Origin: Eledone cirrhosa
Taxonomy: Eukaryota
Assembly: GCA_964016885.1 (NCBI GenBank)
Contig: OZ024743.1
Location: 26,288,001-26,352,000, forward strand
Length of the DNA: 64,000 nt
Direction: 5' to 3'
The position numbers were made by a program, and so were the translations under genes. Positions 1 through 15,100 of the stretch are shown here, piece by piece (position 1 is the first letter of the stretch; the number at the start of each line of letters is the position of its first letter). The notes beneath the pieces are model-generated. The model worked only from the letters and a program-made list of their open reading frames with translations. It searched no databases and was not told the DNA's origin.

Positions 1-36
1 ATTATTCTGTCCTTTCTTTTGATAATTTCATTTCAG

Positions 37-108
37 AATCATTTACATTTAAACAACTTCAAACTTGCATCACAATCTCTTGAATTTGGACTCAGCCATA
101 ACTTTCAG
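37..108 (+). CDS. TTC21B: TTC21B exon (window exon 1)
   Basis: AG/GT flanked; [24 protein letters not shown]. Confidence 0.85.
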
Positions 109-3100
109 GTTAGTTATCATTTCATTATTTTCATGAATAGTTAAGGTACGTGGCTTTGTAGTTAGGGAATTTTGCTCACAATCATAAGGTTGTGAGTTCA
201 ATTCCCAGCGGCACATTGTGTCCTTCAGCAAGACTCTTTATTTCATATTACTCTAGTTCACTCAGCTGGCATAAATGAGTTGTACTTGTAATTCGAAAGG
301 CCAGCCTTGTCACATTCTATGTCATGCCGAGAACTATGTTAAGGGTACATGTGTTTGTGGAATGCTCAGCCACTTGCATGTTAATTTCACGAGCAGGCTA
401 TTCCATTGATCGGATTAACTGGAACACTCGTCTTTGTAATCGATGGAGTGACTTCCATTTTCATTAATGGCCATACTTTATCATACTCATTAATTTTTAT
501 TATAAAAATATCCTGTCTAACTTAATTTAATGATAAATAGTTGTTGTTATGATTTTAAACAAAACTGTATTTCTTTTTAAATCTTTATTTTACTGTTCTC
601 TTATAGGTTCGAGATCATCCTATATATCATTTGATTAGAGCACGAATACAGAAAAAGCAAGGAGAGTTGTCTGATGCTTTGCAGACATTGAAATTTGCTA
701 TGAATCTTCCAGGAATGAAGATATCTGGTTAGAATAGTGTTTTGTTTTGTTTTGTCGTTGATGTTTTTTTGGGGTTTTTTTGCGGCAAGATTTTTGCATC
801 TTATTAAAAATCAAGGAAAACTTACATATTTCCTAAAGATATTCAACAACTGTTTAGTGTCGTGTTTGGTAGATAACATAGATTAGGGATAATGAATGAA
901 AAGGTGGCAGGAGCCAAATAACTTTTCTTACTCCTTCCACATATTTTTCTCACCAACAGAGATCCAAGCTAAACAAACAAAATATTTATATTAAATACTT
1001 CATCATCTGCTTAAGATAACATCGCTAATATTAATATAAATAAAATTATTTGCTAAAGCAAATTTCATATTATTGTGATACTATTTTCTATACAAAAGAA
1101 AATATAAGCAGCTATTGAAATAGAATAAAAACAGACTTTCTAGCATCAGTTCATCCACTGTAGTTCCTGGAATCATATATTTCTCCGGAATTCATATTCA
1201 AAGACAAAGCCACTATTAATTAGATTCTTTTTATTTTTCATTTGTCTGTCTGTTAATGTGAATTGTTATTAATATTTTCTTGTTATTGTATCATTCTAAA
1301 GACAAAATGACCAATAAGGAGAAGAACCAGATTTCTGTAAATGATAAAGTATCTGTCTATCTGGAACTTGCTGACTCACATAAACTTCTTGGGGAACAGG
1401 TAAGGATGTATAAAGCTTGATTCTCAAAAATATCCTTTCATAAAATGTGCTTATATGACACAGAACCAAAAACAAGTCTCCAGTGGGACTATTGCCAACT
1501 TCTAGTTGATACTTTGATGCTACATACCTACACACACATTACCTGAATTGATGTTGCTCCAATTGTATTTTTTCATTCAAGTGTACATATGTTGTTTTAG
1601 TTGTTTGTTTATGATCATCAATCTTAGAGTTTCAATCAACAACTCTATTTCCTATCCCTTGTTCTAGAATGATATCATCCAATTTGTGTAGGTCATTTTA
1701 AAGAACATAGTAATAGACTCATCATTATCATCACCACCACTGCCACCCTCACTACCACTCTGTTTATCAGACTTATACAGACAGAAACAACAGTTGTAAA
1801 ACTACCAAACTGAAAACAAAGCTTTGTTTCAGATAGGTTATTAAATGAAAAATCAATTTATTGATAAATTTTGCAATCAATTAAATCCATCCTTAATTGC
1901 TCTTTTCAATTTTTAGCACGAAGCAGCTAAAGTAATGCAGGATGCAATAAATGAATTTCAAGGCACACCTGAAGAAATAAGAATCACAATTGCTAACGTA
2001 GACCTGGCATTGGCTCGTGGAGATGTTGAAATGGCACTTGGTACTCTCAGAAATGTTAGTTCTGAACAGCCATACTTCATACAAGCCAGAGAGAAAATGG
2101 CAGATATCTATCTGAACTACAGGAAGAACAAGACACTTTATGCCAACTGTTATCAGTATGAACTCTTTTGAAAATTTTTATCGGGGAGATGGTTATATGT
2201 TTTAAAAATCTCAATAGAAATTGTGTTATGTATATAAATATTATTAGTAAGTTCCTGTGGGTAATTTTATGAAAGTCCTCACCCAGTCCTCACTGTAAAG
2301 TGGTCATGTAGGTGTCACAACAAAAAGCACCCAGTCCACACTGTAAATGTGGTTGGTGTTAAGAAGGGCATTGAGCTGTAGAACCAAGCCAAAATCAGTT
2401 CTATGTGAGCGAAACATGTTCCTCCGACCTGATCTCTCACAAAGAGACAGCCCATCCTATCCATGCTAGCGTGGAAAATGGACATTAACCGATGATGAGG
2501 ATGATGATTGTTTTTAGGCAGTATAGACAACTTATTACAAGATATTATTATCATATGCATCCAGTACATTCTATAAAGAGGTTGACATTAGGAAAGATAT
2601 ATAAAAGTACAAACCCTGCCAAAATAAGGAATGTTTAGCACAGCATGATATTCAGACCATTTTGTCTATTTTTATTCATAGGTACATTTCACTTCAGTAT
2701 GTTTTATTACTCCCATCACACACAAAAAGAATATTATAAACAACTCTTATTAACCTGATATAAAATATCATTGGTGTGATCCTAGAATGTAGAGGAGCAG
2801 GACACCATCTGGTGTTTGGACTAGAAGTTGTTAACAAATATTTGTTTGACTTGGAAGTGATGATTGAAGCAGGTCTCATGTACCAGATATGGAACAGTAT
2901 CTAGGTCAAGAAGTTTCAGGACCTTTTCAAAGGAAACTAAGCATTTAAGGTTTAGAAAAGAAGATCTAGTCTTCCAATGCTCTTATGGATATGATTTTGT
3001 TTACTATTGTGATTTTTTAGTTGTGAATCATCCATGAGCTGAGGGAAGTGTCATGATTCTATTTTTTAGAAGTCCACCATAAAATGCATTGGTGGTATTT

Positions 3101-6100
3101 CTGATCTTTTACAAACATTTTAAGATCCAATTTATGTACCTAGTGCAGCTCAAATTTCCACTTTGGTGTGTAGTTTTCCCCCCTTTAAATACAGTGCTAA
3201 TGTTGTTCTTTTATTATATTTCAGAGAATTGGCTGATAGAAAGCCTAGTGTCCATACTTCATTATTACTGGGAGATGCATACATGAGTATTCAAGAGGTC
3301 AGTTGATTATTTGAAAGTTTAGATATGACATCAATAAATATTCAGTTCATCTTTAGGCCCCACAACCCCATAAGTGAAAATAGTAGAATAAGCTTTCTAC
3401 ATCCTTTTCCCAAAAAAAGATTTTTAAGATTGTCACAAATAAATACCTTTTATGGATAAACATTCCCCAATGCTTCAAGTTTATCAAACATCTTAAACAG
3501 TATTTATTCTATATTTATTGTTGAGACAATTGCCACAGATATGTATGAGCCAACTAGGTAGCCTATACATGGTATTTCAAAATGGTAGAAATAGCAGCCA
3601 AACTTCTCTCAAACCACACCCCCCTATCTTATGTAGATCATTCATGAGTGAAGGGGGTCTACAGTATTGTGCTTGAGTCTCATTGTGGAATATATATTTC
3701 TCTCTCATATAGTTGAGAATATAGTGAAGCAATTGTTTTCTTTGTTGATGAAGGTAATAATGATGCTCTGTATATGACATGTTTAATTTCTTTTCCTTTT
3801 TTTAATATTGTCAGCCTGACAAAGCTATAGACATTTATGAAGAGGCACTGAAAATGAATCCAAAGGACACAACCCTTGCACATAAGATTGGCAAAGCTTT
3901 GGTGAAAACTCATCAGTATGGAAAGGTAACTGCTGCTAATATATTTTTGATTTTACATTATTTTCCATCTAATTGGATTGACCAATTGCTTTTTTTTTTA
4001 TCATGGTTATTATCTGTTGGTGATCTATATTTACTTAGGCTAAAGATGATAATAATGAGGAGGGTGCTGTAGAGAGAGAGAGGAGAAAAATGGTGAGGGT
4101 GGAGAGCAAAATAAGGATGTTATTAATGTTATCATCATCTACAATTGTGGACTCAGGCATTGTTGTTTGGTTGAGAAGTTGGCTTCACAATCATATGGTT
4201 TTGAATTCAATCCCTATACACACCACTTTTTCTACCATAACCTCAGACTGACCCCAACTTTGGAATTCAAATGTGAAAGCATGCTGTATGAACTGTACTT
4301 GTTCTTAGGTAACAGACCTAATAAATAACTCAGCTTACCACCATCACCTAACCTTCGAGTCCACTCCATTGTAAGCACTGAGACCAGATCTCCAGTCTAA
4401 GGTTTAGTTATGTTGATGTACTTCTTACTGCAATAACTCATGAATAGTGGTTTCTTCCTCCATTTCCTTCTTAAGACCCAGCAGGAAAGGTCATGGAGGC
4501 TGCTCTCCCTTGTCTGACTAAGCCATCAAAAGATTGTTAGAACATTACAAATCCTCATCATTTATTACACCTTCCATTCCATCTGCATTTGTATCTAGCC
4601 CATTTCTTTATCATCGTGGCTGATTTGCTTGATCAGAATGATCTGGAATACTACAGTAATAGCATTCACTTCTATGTTATTTTAATTTTCCAGGCTGTGA
4701 CTTACTATGAAGCTGCTATCCGATCTGGAAATCAGAGTCAATTTTGGTAAGAATAATCTTTGATTTTCTTCAATATTTTAGATTCAATGTTGGGTCTACA
4801 TTTATTTCTCTAATTTTTTTTTGATGGTATGGTTTGAAGGAATAGGCTGTCTCTTAGGCTCTTTGAGGCTAGTAAAACCAACTTTGTTAATGTTCTGCTT
4901 GAACAACTACAATTTGATAGCTATTGAAAGAAAACAAAGGTAGGGAAGCAATTCCAGAGAGTTATAGTCCTTGGAGGAGGGACTAGAGTAAACAGTTAGT
5001 GCAGGGTCTGAGGGTAAAGGAAAAGGAAACAATATGGGTGGTGAGAGAAGGAGAGACACGTGAATCACTAATGCCTAAGTGGTGGGAACTCAAGATTGGC
5101 TAGCTCCAAGGAATAGCAGCAAGAGTTGGGCAATGTGAGAGAACACAATGAGGGCCTTATGGTTGAAAAGTGGTAGTGACACAATAAAATGCACCCAGCC
5201 CACTCTGTAAAGTGGTAGCACTTGTACCACAACAAAATCCACCTATCTCACTCTGTAAACTGGTAGTAATGGTGCCACTATAAAAGGCACCCAATCCACT
5301 TTGTCAGTTGGTAGTGTTGGTGTCACGATAAAATACACCTAGTATATGCCATGAAGTGGTTGGCATTAGGAAGGGTATCCAGCCTTAGAAACCATGCCAG
5401 AATGGAATGTATGGGGGAGATGTAGTCATCTGATCTATCTAGTCATAGAACGTAAGAATCTGTCTAACTCATGTGAGTATGGAAAATAGAAGTAAAATGG
5501 TGATGATATATATATCTATACATATATATAAAATTGAAGTTGTCTCTGAGGGTGTGTGTCCTAATTTTGGCAAAGTCTATACAAATCCACATTTCTACCC
5601 CGATTGACTTCAAACTTGCATTTATATATTCCTTGCGGTCTAAAGATATTAACTGCAGCTTTTATTTTTCAATTTTCTGTTGTTAAAGGCATTTTTTTTC
5701 ACTAAAACTTTAAGCCCTTTTTGTCAGATAGTTCGGAAATTTTGTCTACAATGTTCAAGAGAGACAACTCTTTAGTATTTTGAAAGAGTTACCTCTCTTT
5801 ATAGACTATATTATCCCTACTTAACTGTACATCCCTTGAAATTGTTGATGGTGACCCCAATAGTAACTCCGAAGCGTTCGGCATTCGATATAACCGTTCG
5901 GTTTATATCAGATTGTGTAGATTTTTGTAACCTTAAAAGTATCCAACTAAATTCCTTCATGCTCTCCACCACTGCAGTCCCACATGCTTACTGCTCTGTA
6001 ACTATTGCTTTCATCGTACCATAGCACAACAAATACAAGTGCGGTTTGTCGAATGCCTTTTTACTTAACCCTATCGTCTTGGCTTTCGTGGGTTGAACAT

Positions 6101-9100
6101 TTTACTCTCAGGCACCCAATTAAGTTAAACCCCTGGTAATCTATAACAAATTTTTTTTATAAGCACAAAATGTAGACACCATCCCCAGGCCGAGGTATTC
6201 CGTACTTCTCTGTACTGTTTCAGAAAGGAGGGATAAACATGCCAATCTATGTTTAGAAGCCCGATCAACGCCGGGCCATTCTGCTAGTATATATACACAC
6301 AAAGATATTAATTGCACACACACGCACATATTTCAAGACATACACAAACACAATCTCTTACATACTCAATAAGTTATTTACACATTTTATTTATTTATAC
6401 AAACTGAGGCACATGGCTTAGTGGTTAGAGCATTGGCCTTGCAATCGAAAGGTTGTGAGTTCAATTCTCAGACCGGGTGATGTGTTGTTTCCTTGAGCAA
6501 GACACTTTATTTGACATTGCTCCAGTTTACTCAGCTGTAGAAATGAGATGATAGGGACTGGGTCTCTATCATTCCACTACAAAGTGGTCGTGGAGGTGCC
6601 ACGGCAAAAAAATCACCCAGCACTCACTGTAAATGAGGTTGGTGTTAGGAAGAGCATAAAAGCTGTAGAAATCAAGCCAGAATGAGTTCCCATCCCACCC
6701 TTGCAAACAGGGAAAAGCGGACGTAAAATGATGATGATGTACTGTTTTTGTTTGTTTTAGTGTGGATCTTGCTGAACTGCTGTTTCGTTTAAAACAATAT
6801 GACAAGTCAGAGAAAATATTAAAGCATGTGTTAGAAGAAGATATATTATGTGAGTTGATGACAGACTTTAGTAGTTTCTTTTCCTGTTTCTAACTGGTCA
6901 TGAATTTTGGGTAATGACTGAAAGATTACAATTGCGATCATATTCTTTCAGTCATTACCCATGATTCATGACCATAGGTAAGGGTTGGATATAATTGACT
7001 AATTAATTTAGTCTATTGGTATTGTATCTCCCTTAATAAAAATGTTTGATGAATGTTGAAATAAAGGATTTTAACTGAGTAAAGCCTTTGGTTACTTCCT
7101 CTGAAATGTATATATATATATTGTGTGTGTGTCTGTGTGTATGTATAATATACTAAACACCCTTTAAAGGTCTGTGAAAAAAGAAAATGAATATTATTTA
7201 TTCCATCTGTAAAATAATGAGTTATTTACTAGTATATGTAAAGATTATATATAATAAATCCTATACTTTTTTGCCTCTATTTATTTCCATTGCAATTATC
7301 CCCATTTTTTTATTCACTAATTGTTATTAGATTCTGATTTGGATACTATGATAGTCCATGTTAACTGCATGGCTCTCTTGGCCAGACTGTATCAACAAAT
7401 ACACTGCAATGAAGCTGCAATGCTATATTTCTCTAAAGCTAAAGAGCTGCAAATAAAGTAAGTGGTCTTCTGTCATAAAATGGAATATGGTTCTTTTAAA
7501 TTAATTTTCACGCATATTATTTCACTCATTGAATTAAATTTCACACACCCTTAACCCTTTAGTATTTAAACCAGCCGTATCCAGCCAGAATTCTCTGACC
7601 TCTTTCTGTTCAAACTGGCCATAACTGGTCACTCATACTGATGTTAAGGTATTGTTCTCAAAATAAATAACATCAAAATTTTGTAGAATTGATATTCATC
7701 ATCACCGTCATCATCATCACCGTTTTACGTCCATTCTTCCACGCTAGCATGGGTTAGACGGGTTGTCCTGTTGTGGGCAGTGTCTGGTCGGCTGACCATA
7801 CCTTGCTCATACAGGAACTGATTTGGCTTGATTTCTACAGCTGAATGCCCTTCCTAACACCAACCTCATTTACAGTGAGTGCTGGGTGCTTTTTCCGTGG
7901 CACCTACACGTCCACTTTACAGTGTGGGCTGGGTGCTTTTTTGCCGTGGCACCTCCACGACCACCTTGCAGTGCGAGGATCATCATCATCATCACCGTTT
8001 TACGTCCGTTCTTCCACGCTAGCATGGGTTAGACGGGTTGTCCTGTTGTGGGCAGTGTCTGGTCGGCTGACCATGCCTTGCTCATACAGGAACTGATTTG
8101 GCTTGATTTCTACAGCTGGATGCCCTTCCTAACACCAACCTCATTTACAGTGAGTGCTGGGTGCTTTTTTGTGGCGCCTACACGTCCACTTTACAGTGTG
8201 GGCTGGGTGCTTTTTTGCCGTGGCACCTCCACGACCACCTTGCGGTGGGGGGTGTGGGGGCATATTGTCTATATGCTTCAGCTTGTACCCATGGGAGGTC
8301 GGGTACTCTGTATTACTGCATGACGCCAGAGGTCACGGTCGTGTGTCATTGCCTTTGAGAGGTGTAATTGGGTAAGGTCGGCTTTTACCACCTCATCCCA
8401 GGTCATCTTGGGTCTCCCCACTCCGCGGTTTCCATCGACTTCTAGTGCTCTGCACCTTTTTATGCAGCTGTCATCCTTCATACGCATCACATGTTCATAC
8501 CAGCACAACCGCCTCTCCTGCACACAGCATTTGATTCCTCTTATGCTCAGTCTCTCTCTCAATTCATTTATGCTTTGTCGTTCACGTATATTACTGTTAC
8601 ACATCCATCGGAGCATGCAGGCTTCGTTTCTCTCTAATCTACGTAAGTCTTCCACCTTCAGCGCCCAGGTCTCACTACCATGCAACATCGCTGTTCGGAT
8701 ACACGCATCATACAGTCTGCCTTTCATTCTGAGGGAGAAGCCTTTTGCAGCTAGCAGTGGTAGTAGTTCCCTAAACTTCTTCCATCCCGTTCTTACCCTA
8801 GTTATTGTACTTTCTGAACACCCACCTCTGCTGCTAATTCGGTCACCTAGGTAGCAGAAGCTGTCTACTGTTTCTACAGAGCCCTCCCAGAGATTGGTGG
8901 TACTTGTTTCCTGTGGCTGTTTGCTGCTTGCTGCTTGCTGCTTGCTGTCCCAGCACAGCTGCTGCATGTGAAGCCTACATTCTTAATTAAGCTTCCTGAG
9001 ATCCCACTACATCTCTTGTGTACCCATTGTTTGCATTTTGGGCAGAGAATGGAGTTCCTACCTATACCTTTCCTACATACTGAGCAAGGCCATTTCCCTG

Positions 9101-12100
9101 AGGGGATCTGGGTTCTGTTTTCTCATCTACTTACAAGGACCTTAGTCTTTGTCATGTTGACTTTCAGACCCTTTCTTTCTAGTCCCTGCTTCCAAGTTTG
9201 GAATTTCTTCTCTAGTTTTACCATAGATTCAGCTATAAGTGCGAGGTCATCAGCATACAGGAGTTCCCATGGGCATCCAGTCTTAAACTCCTCCGTTATT
9301 GCCTGCAGGACTATGATGAACAGGAGAGGGCTAAGAACAGAGCCCTGGTGAACACCAACCTGTACGCTAAATTCCTCGCTAATGAATTGAGAGAAAGACT
9401 GAGCATAAGAGGAATCAAATGCTGTGTGCAAGAGAGGCGGTTGCGCTGGTATGGACATGTGATGCGTATGAAGGATGACAGCTGCATAAAAAGGTGCAGA
9501 GCACTAGAAGTCGATGGAAACCGCGGAGTGGGGAGACCCAAGATGACATGGGATGAGGTGATAAAAGCCGACCTTACCCAATTACACCTCTCAAAAGCAA
9601 TGACACACGACCGTGACCTCTGGCGTCACGCAGTAATACAGAGTACCTGACCTCCCATGGGTACAAGCTGAAGCATATAGACAATATGCCCCCACACCCA
9701 CCACCACAAGGTGGTCGTGGAGGTGCCACGGCAAAAAGCACCCAGTCCACACTGTATAGTGGACGTGTAGGCGCCACGAAAAAGCACCCAGCACTCACTG
9801 TAAATGAGGTTGGTGTTAGGAAGGGCATCCAGCTGTAGAAATCGAGCCAAATCAGTTCCTGTATGAGCAAGGCATGGTCAGCCGACCAGACACTGCCCAC
9901 AACAGGACAACCCGTCTAACCCATGCTAGCGTGGAAGAACGGACGTAAAACGGTGATGATGATGATGATGATACTCATTGCTAATCCTAACTTTGCTGAC
10001 TGCTCCTCTATACATGGCTTGTACAGCTTTCACAAGCCATTCATCTACTCCTAGTTTTCTAAGAACCCACCAGATTACAGCACGTGGAACTCTGTCAAAG
10101 GCTTTCTCGAGATCGACGAATGCCAGGTAGAGTGGCTTACTTTTAGCTAGGTACTTTTCCTGTAACTGCCTCACAAGGAAGAGGGCATCAGTGGTGCCTC
10201 TTCCTGGTACAAACCCAAATTGCATCTCATTTAGTTTCACCCGGTCCCTAATCAACTGTGCTATAACTCTTTCTGTTACTTTCATGACCTGGTCCATCAG
10301 CTTTATACCTCTATAGTTTCCTCTATCTAGTGCATCACCTTTACCTTTGTAGCAGTTGACAATGATGTTACTGCACCAATCTTTTGGTATGACACCTTCT
10401 AGTATTACCTGGTTAACAATACGTGTGGTTATAGTGTGACCTACAGACCCAGATGCTTTCATCATCTCGGCAGCTATACCCGAAGCACCAGTTGCCTTTC
10501 CCATCGTCATATCTTTGATTGCCTTACTTACTACGCTGCTGCTGACTTGTACTGCTGGCCCCTCTATAGGGTCTACTTGGGGTAGGGTTTCTTCTTCCCA
10601 TGCATTCTCCTCATTTAGTAATCTATCATAATGGCTCTTCCATGCATCTTTCTTCTCAGCACTTGTGAGGGCAAGCTCACCTTTATCATTCCGGATACAC
10701 TTCTCTCCAATTCTCTCTGACACACTGCCTCGCAATCTTGAACACCTCCTGTTTCTGGTCCTCATGTTGCAAAACATGCTTGAATTTTCTATCCTCTGCT
10801 TCCTTCGTAGCTAAGTATACTTGTCGCCTAGCTTCCCTCTTGGTCTCTATGTAATGTACCCTGCTCCCCCCGTTCTTCCATTCTTTCCATGCCTGTCACT
10901 TGGCCTTAACTGCCTCATCTACCTTATTGTTCCACCACCAAGTCACTCTCCTCCTGCATGTGGTCTTACTCCAGCCACAGACCTCATCCGTCACCTCTAG
11001 TAAGTTATTTTTTAGGAACTCCCAGTGCTCTTCTACATTGAATGTCTCTATCTGTTCTTCTTTACTGTTGTAGGCGTTGAGTAAAATATCTTTAAATCTG
11101 TTACTGGCTGAGGGGTCTTTCAGCTTCCAGATCTTTCTTCAGGTTGGCCTCTGTTTCCAGGTTCGTCTAGTTCTGAGCGTGAGGTCACTGACAACTAAGC
11201 TATGTTGGGAGGTACATATATTATGAGATAATTATGAAGATAAAGCCTTTACCACAAAAATACAATAGTATATATAGAGTAATGTAAATGCTAAAGGGTT
11301 AATTCAAGCTAATGAAGAAGCCTTTGATATGCGACTCGACCTGCTAGAAGTAGCAACCAATTCTTCTTCAAATTACACCCAATCACCTTAAAAAAAAGAT
11401 AATCTAGCCCTTGATACACACTAGCTGATTCTTAAATTAAAAATAGTATGTATGCCATCATCATCGTCATCATTTAATGTCTGTTCTAAGCCGAAGGTGT
11501 TAAGCAACTGAGAGTACAAGACTTTCCCTGAACAGGACACCAGTCTATCTGGTATTATAAATTTATCAGCATAGAAACAGTACAGGATTTAGCCAAAGCT
11601 ATGAGAAAAGTATATGTAAACACACATATTTCAATATGTAAATATGTTTTATTTATGCCCAAAAATGATGAGAAACTTGATCCAAGTTTCTTACAGTGCT
11701 GGGTTACTTTAATTATATATTTTCATTGTGCACAAAGCAGCTGAAGTACACTATAATTCGATTATGTACAGAAACATTACATGATTTAACTGATATCATG
11801 TTTATATATTTACATGTTTAAAAGTGTGTTTGAATGCACATTTCTCACATCACCAAAGGATAGTTTTCTTTAGGTTGATATTATAGTAGTTTTCTGGATG
11901 TTATAAGGAACTGTGTCATTTGAAGCTTCATATATCCAAGTATTTTTTAATATTTTCTTCTTGAGTCAGCCCTCTATTGAAGGTGAAGCATTTATTTAGC
12001 TTTTTTTAATGGCTAGAATACATATGGCTCGTCACACCTGCTAACTCATAGATTTATCCACTAACTGGAGCAGTTGTGCCAACCCATTGTCGAATTAATA

Positions 12101-15100
12101 GCCGATCATCTGCAAAGCCACTGGTGTTCATAATGCCAAGGTCATCTAATTAAACTGATTATCATCGCATGAGCTACTGCTTACTATGAGACATGAGACA
12201 AGTAGGATTTTTATCAAGGTTTACTGTTCTACTAGACTATCCTATGATAATAATAATAATAATGAAATTATTGTGCACAGTGCTCAGGTGCACTACAACT
12301 CATCAAAGGTGCATGTATAGTACATAGAATAATATACAAATGTCAGGGAAGTGAATAGTGTATGAGTCATGATATACATGTGTGCGTGTGTATGGAGGGG
12401 GAATATTAGGTGTAATATATGATAGCCATATCAGAGGCACCTCGTGTAGGATGTGATTTTTTAAATATATTCATGAAATACATTTCCTAGTAAAATAAAT
12501 TTCCTAAGATGTTACCCTCACATATACACTGCTTCACAGCTACAAATGATATATGTCCTTCATATTTCTGAATCAGTGTTTAATGATTGTTAATGTATTT
12601 TTCTTAGAATCTATCAGAGGATTCAAACTGAGCAACCTGATGCAGTAGCTTCTCAAAGGCAGACTATTACAAAGTAAATATTCCTTTATTTACCTCTTCC
12701 TATATGTTAATATATATATACTTTGTTTCTATTTTCATTGTAACTCATTACTATCACTTTACAACTTACAACACTTCTGTAAAATAACCAATAGGAGATA
12801 TACTAGCAACTGTAAACTTAAACCTTTTGTTATCATATTTCTCATAAAAGACACTGCCTATGATTTTCTATTAATTTTGAAAATAACTACGAACTTTTAT
12901 GGATTTTGTATCATAACTAACATTTTCATTAAGCAGGTGTTTGAAACAAAGTTTCTCACATAAAATCAGGATGGAAAGCTTGGATTTGAATATGAACATG
13001 TTAAAATGAACAGCTTTTAATAATAGAACTAGAGGCAGTTTGGTTTCAAAAGGGTTAAATCATATGTATTCCACTCAGAAAAATGTAAGCTTCAGTTCAT
13101 GAAACATAATTGAAGACTATCAGTTCCAATATATTATATACAGTCTTTGTTATATGCTATAATGTTATGCATTGGTTTAGTGCTATCGAAAAAATACATC
13201 CATGTATTTGATTGACACCTTAATGTTCATCACTAGATGTCTCTGTCCTATGCTCTTAGGCTTTGCTCTTGCACTATTTCATGCCATCCACTCCTTGACA
13301 TGGCTGAGGATTCTCAGTTTCTGAACCAACATCATTTGATGTCTTGCTACCCTTTCTCTCATCATATAGCAAAGCTTCAAAACTCAGATTTCAACATGTT
13401 TCAGATGTGTAGAGCTAACTAACTAATAACAGACATCTTGATCTGCCCAACTGAATGTCAACACAATATAGCTTTCCCCTCTGGTGCTAATCTCTCTCAG
13501 AAGGAGTGGATGTCTCTGAATCTACTATGCACAGGTGTTGGCTGATTCAGTGCAATCATGGACTACTGGGGGCTGTGTCCAACTGCTGCTTGCCAGTGTG
13601 GCTAGACAGAGTAGACTGATGAACATATATACCAGATCTCCACCTGCCTGATAGTGTGGACTTCACTCACCCTAATCCCACTACCATGATCTGGTTACAG
13701 TGCCTGTGGGATGTCACATGATTTCAAGCCATTAAGGAAGTCTTTCATATGGGACTTGACCTGCTATAACTAGCAACCAATTCTTCCTCAATCATCATAA
13801 AAAAAGATAATCTAGTCCTTGGTACTCCTAATTCTTGTGATCATGTGCCTGCTCAATCAGGGTTGACCTGGGGTTAAACGACAACAACAATCATTGTATT
13901 TTTTTCTTTGTCAGTAAACTAGATAGATACATTCATTGCAAGAACAGCAGTATCCATTTTTTGCAACATTTGTATTTGCTATTTGAAATTACAACTTATA
14001 TTTTCCTATATTCTTAATTAATTTACTACAATTTAATCCTACATTTGAATAGAAATATCTTTTACATTTTTTTAAAGTAAAAAAGCAAGTGAATTATATT
14101 TGAATTTTAAAGAAGAAGAATAAAACCCTGAATATTCCATTGATTTAGCAAAGTAATAATTTCTCTTTCAGAATTTGTTGTGAATTAGCTAAGCATGCAT
14201 TTGTGATGCAGGAGAATGACAGAGCAATGTCATTTTATAATGAAGCACTCGCATATAATGATGAAGATTCAGAGGTATGTCTGAAAAGCTTTTCTTTATG
14301 TGATTTTAAAAGATATATACACACACATACAAACATTTTTTTTTACCTGAATTATAGTTTGTAATAATTTAATTGATAATTGATTTCTTTCCATTTTGTT
14401 GTTGCTGTCCTTTTCATGTAAGGGAATATTAATACTTTCATTAAATATCATGCCCAACCATGACTACATGGTTAAGAAGTTTACTTTGAAACCTTGTGGT
14501 TCCTGGTTTAATCCCACGGTGCTGAATCTCAGACCTGTCAACTCTCCCTGTCCGATGGGGAGATCTCTCACCCACTTTGGGGTGGATGAGAGATGTCTTC
14601 TCTTGTGAAAATGGGTATAGCTTTCCTTATATAAAATCTCCCCATTTTGCCTCATTTCTTCCCGTATTGGGGCACTTTTTTTCATGGTACTCTCCCTTTG
14701 GGTTTTTAAAAGTTGGCAGGTCTGGTATCTATAACTAGGTATAGACACATGTACATATGTATGTATATTCAATATGTAAATTCTGAGAATTCTTTATTCA
14801 CATGTAGGCTATGTTGGAGTTAGCTAAAGTTTATCTTATGTCTGGAGACCTGGATAGCTGTCAGTCACAGTGTTTATCATTGTTAAAGAAAGACCAGGAA
14901 AATGTTGCAGCAACCATAGTGAGTATTTATATTCTCTTAGTATTGTATCATTCTGATGAAATATATCATCAGTACCATTAAAATATATATGATGTTTGTG
15001 CAAGGTTAGATTAATCATTAAGAAAAATAGGTACATGTTTTGGGTAATTAAAATGTATTTGTTACTCCTAAAAGCTAAACAAAATTGGGAGGGACAGGCT

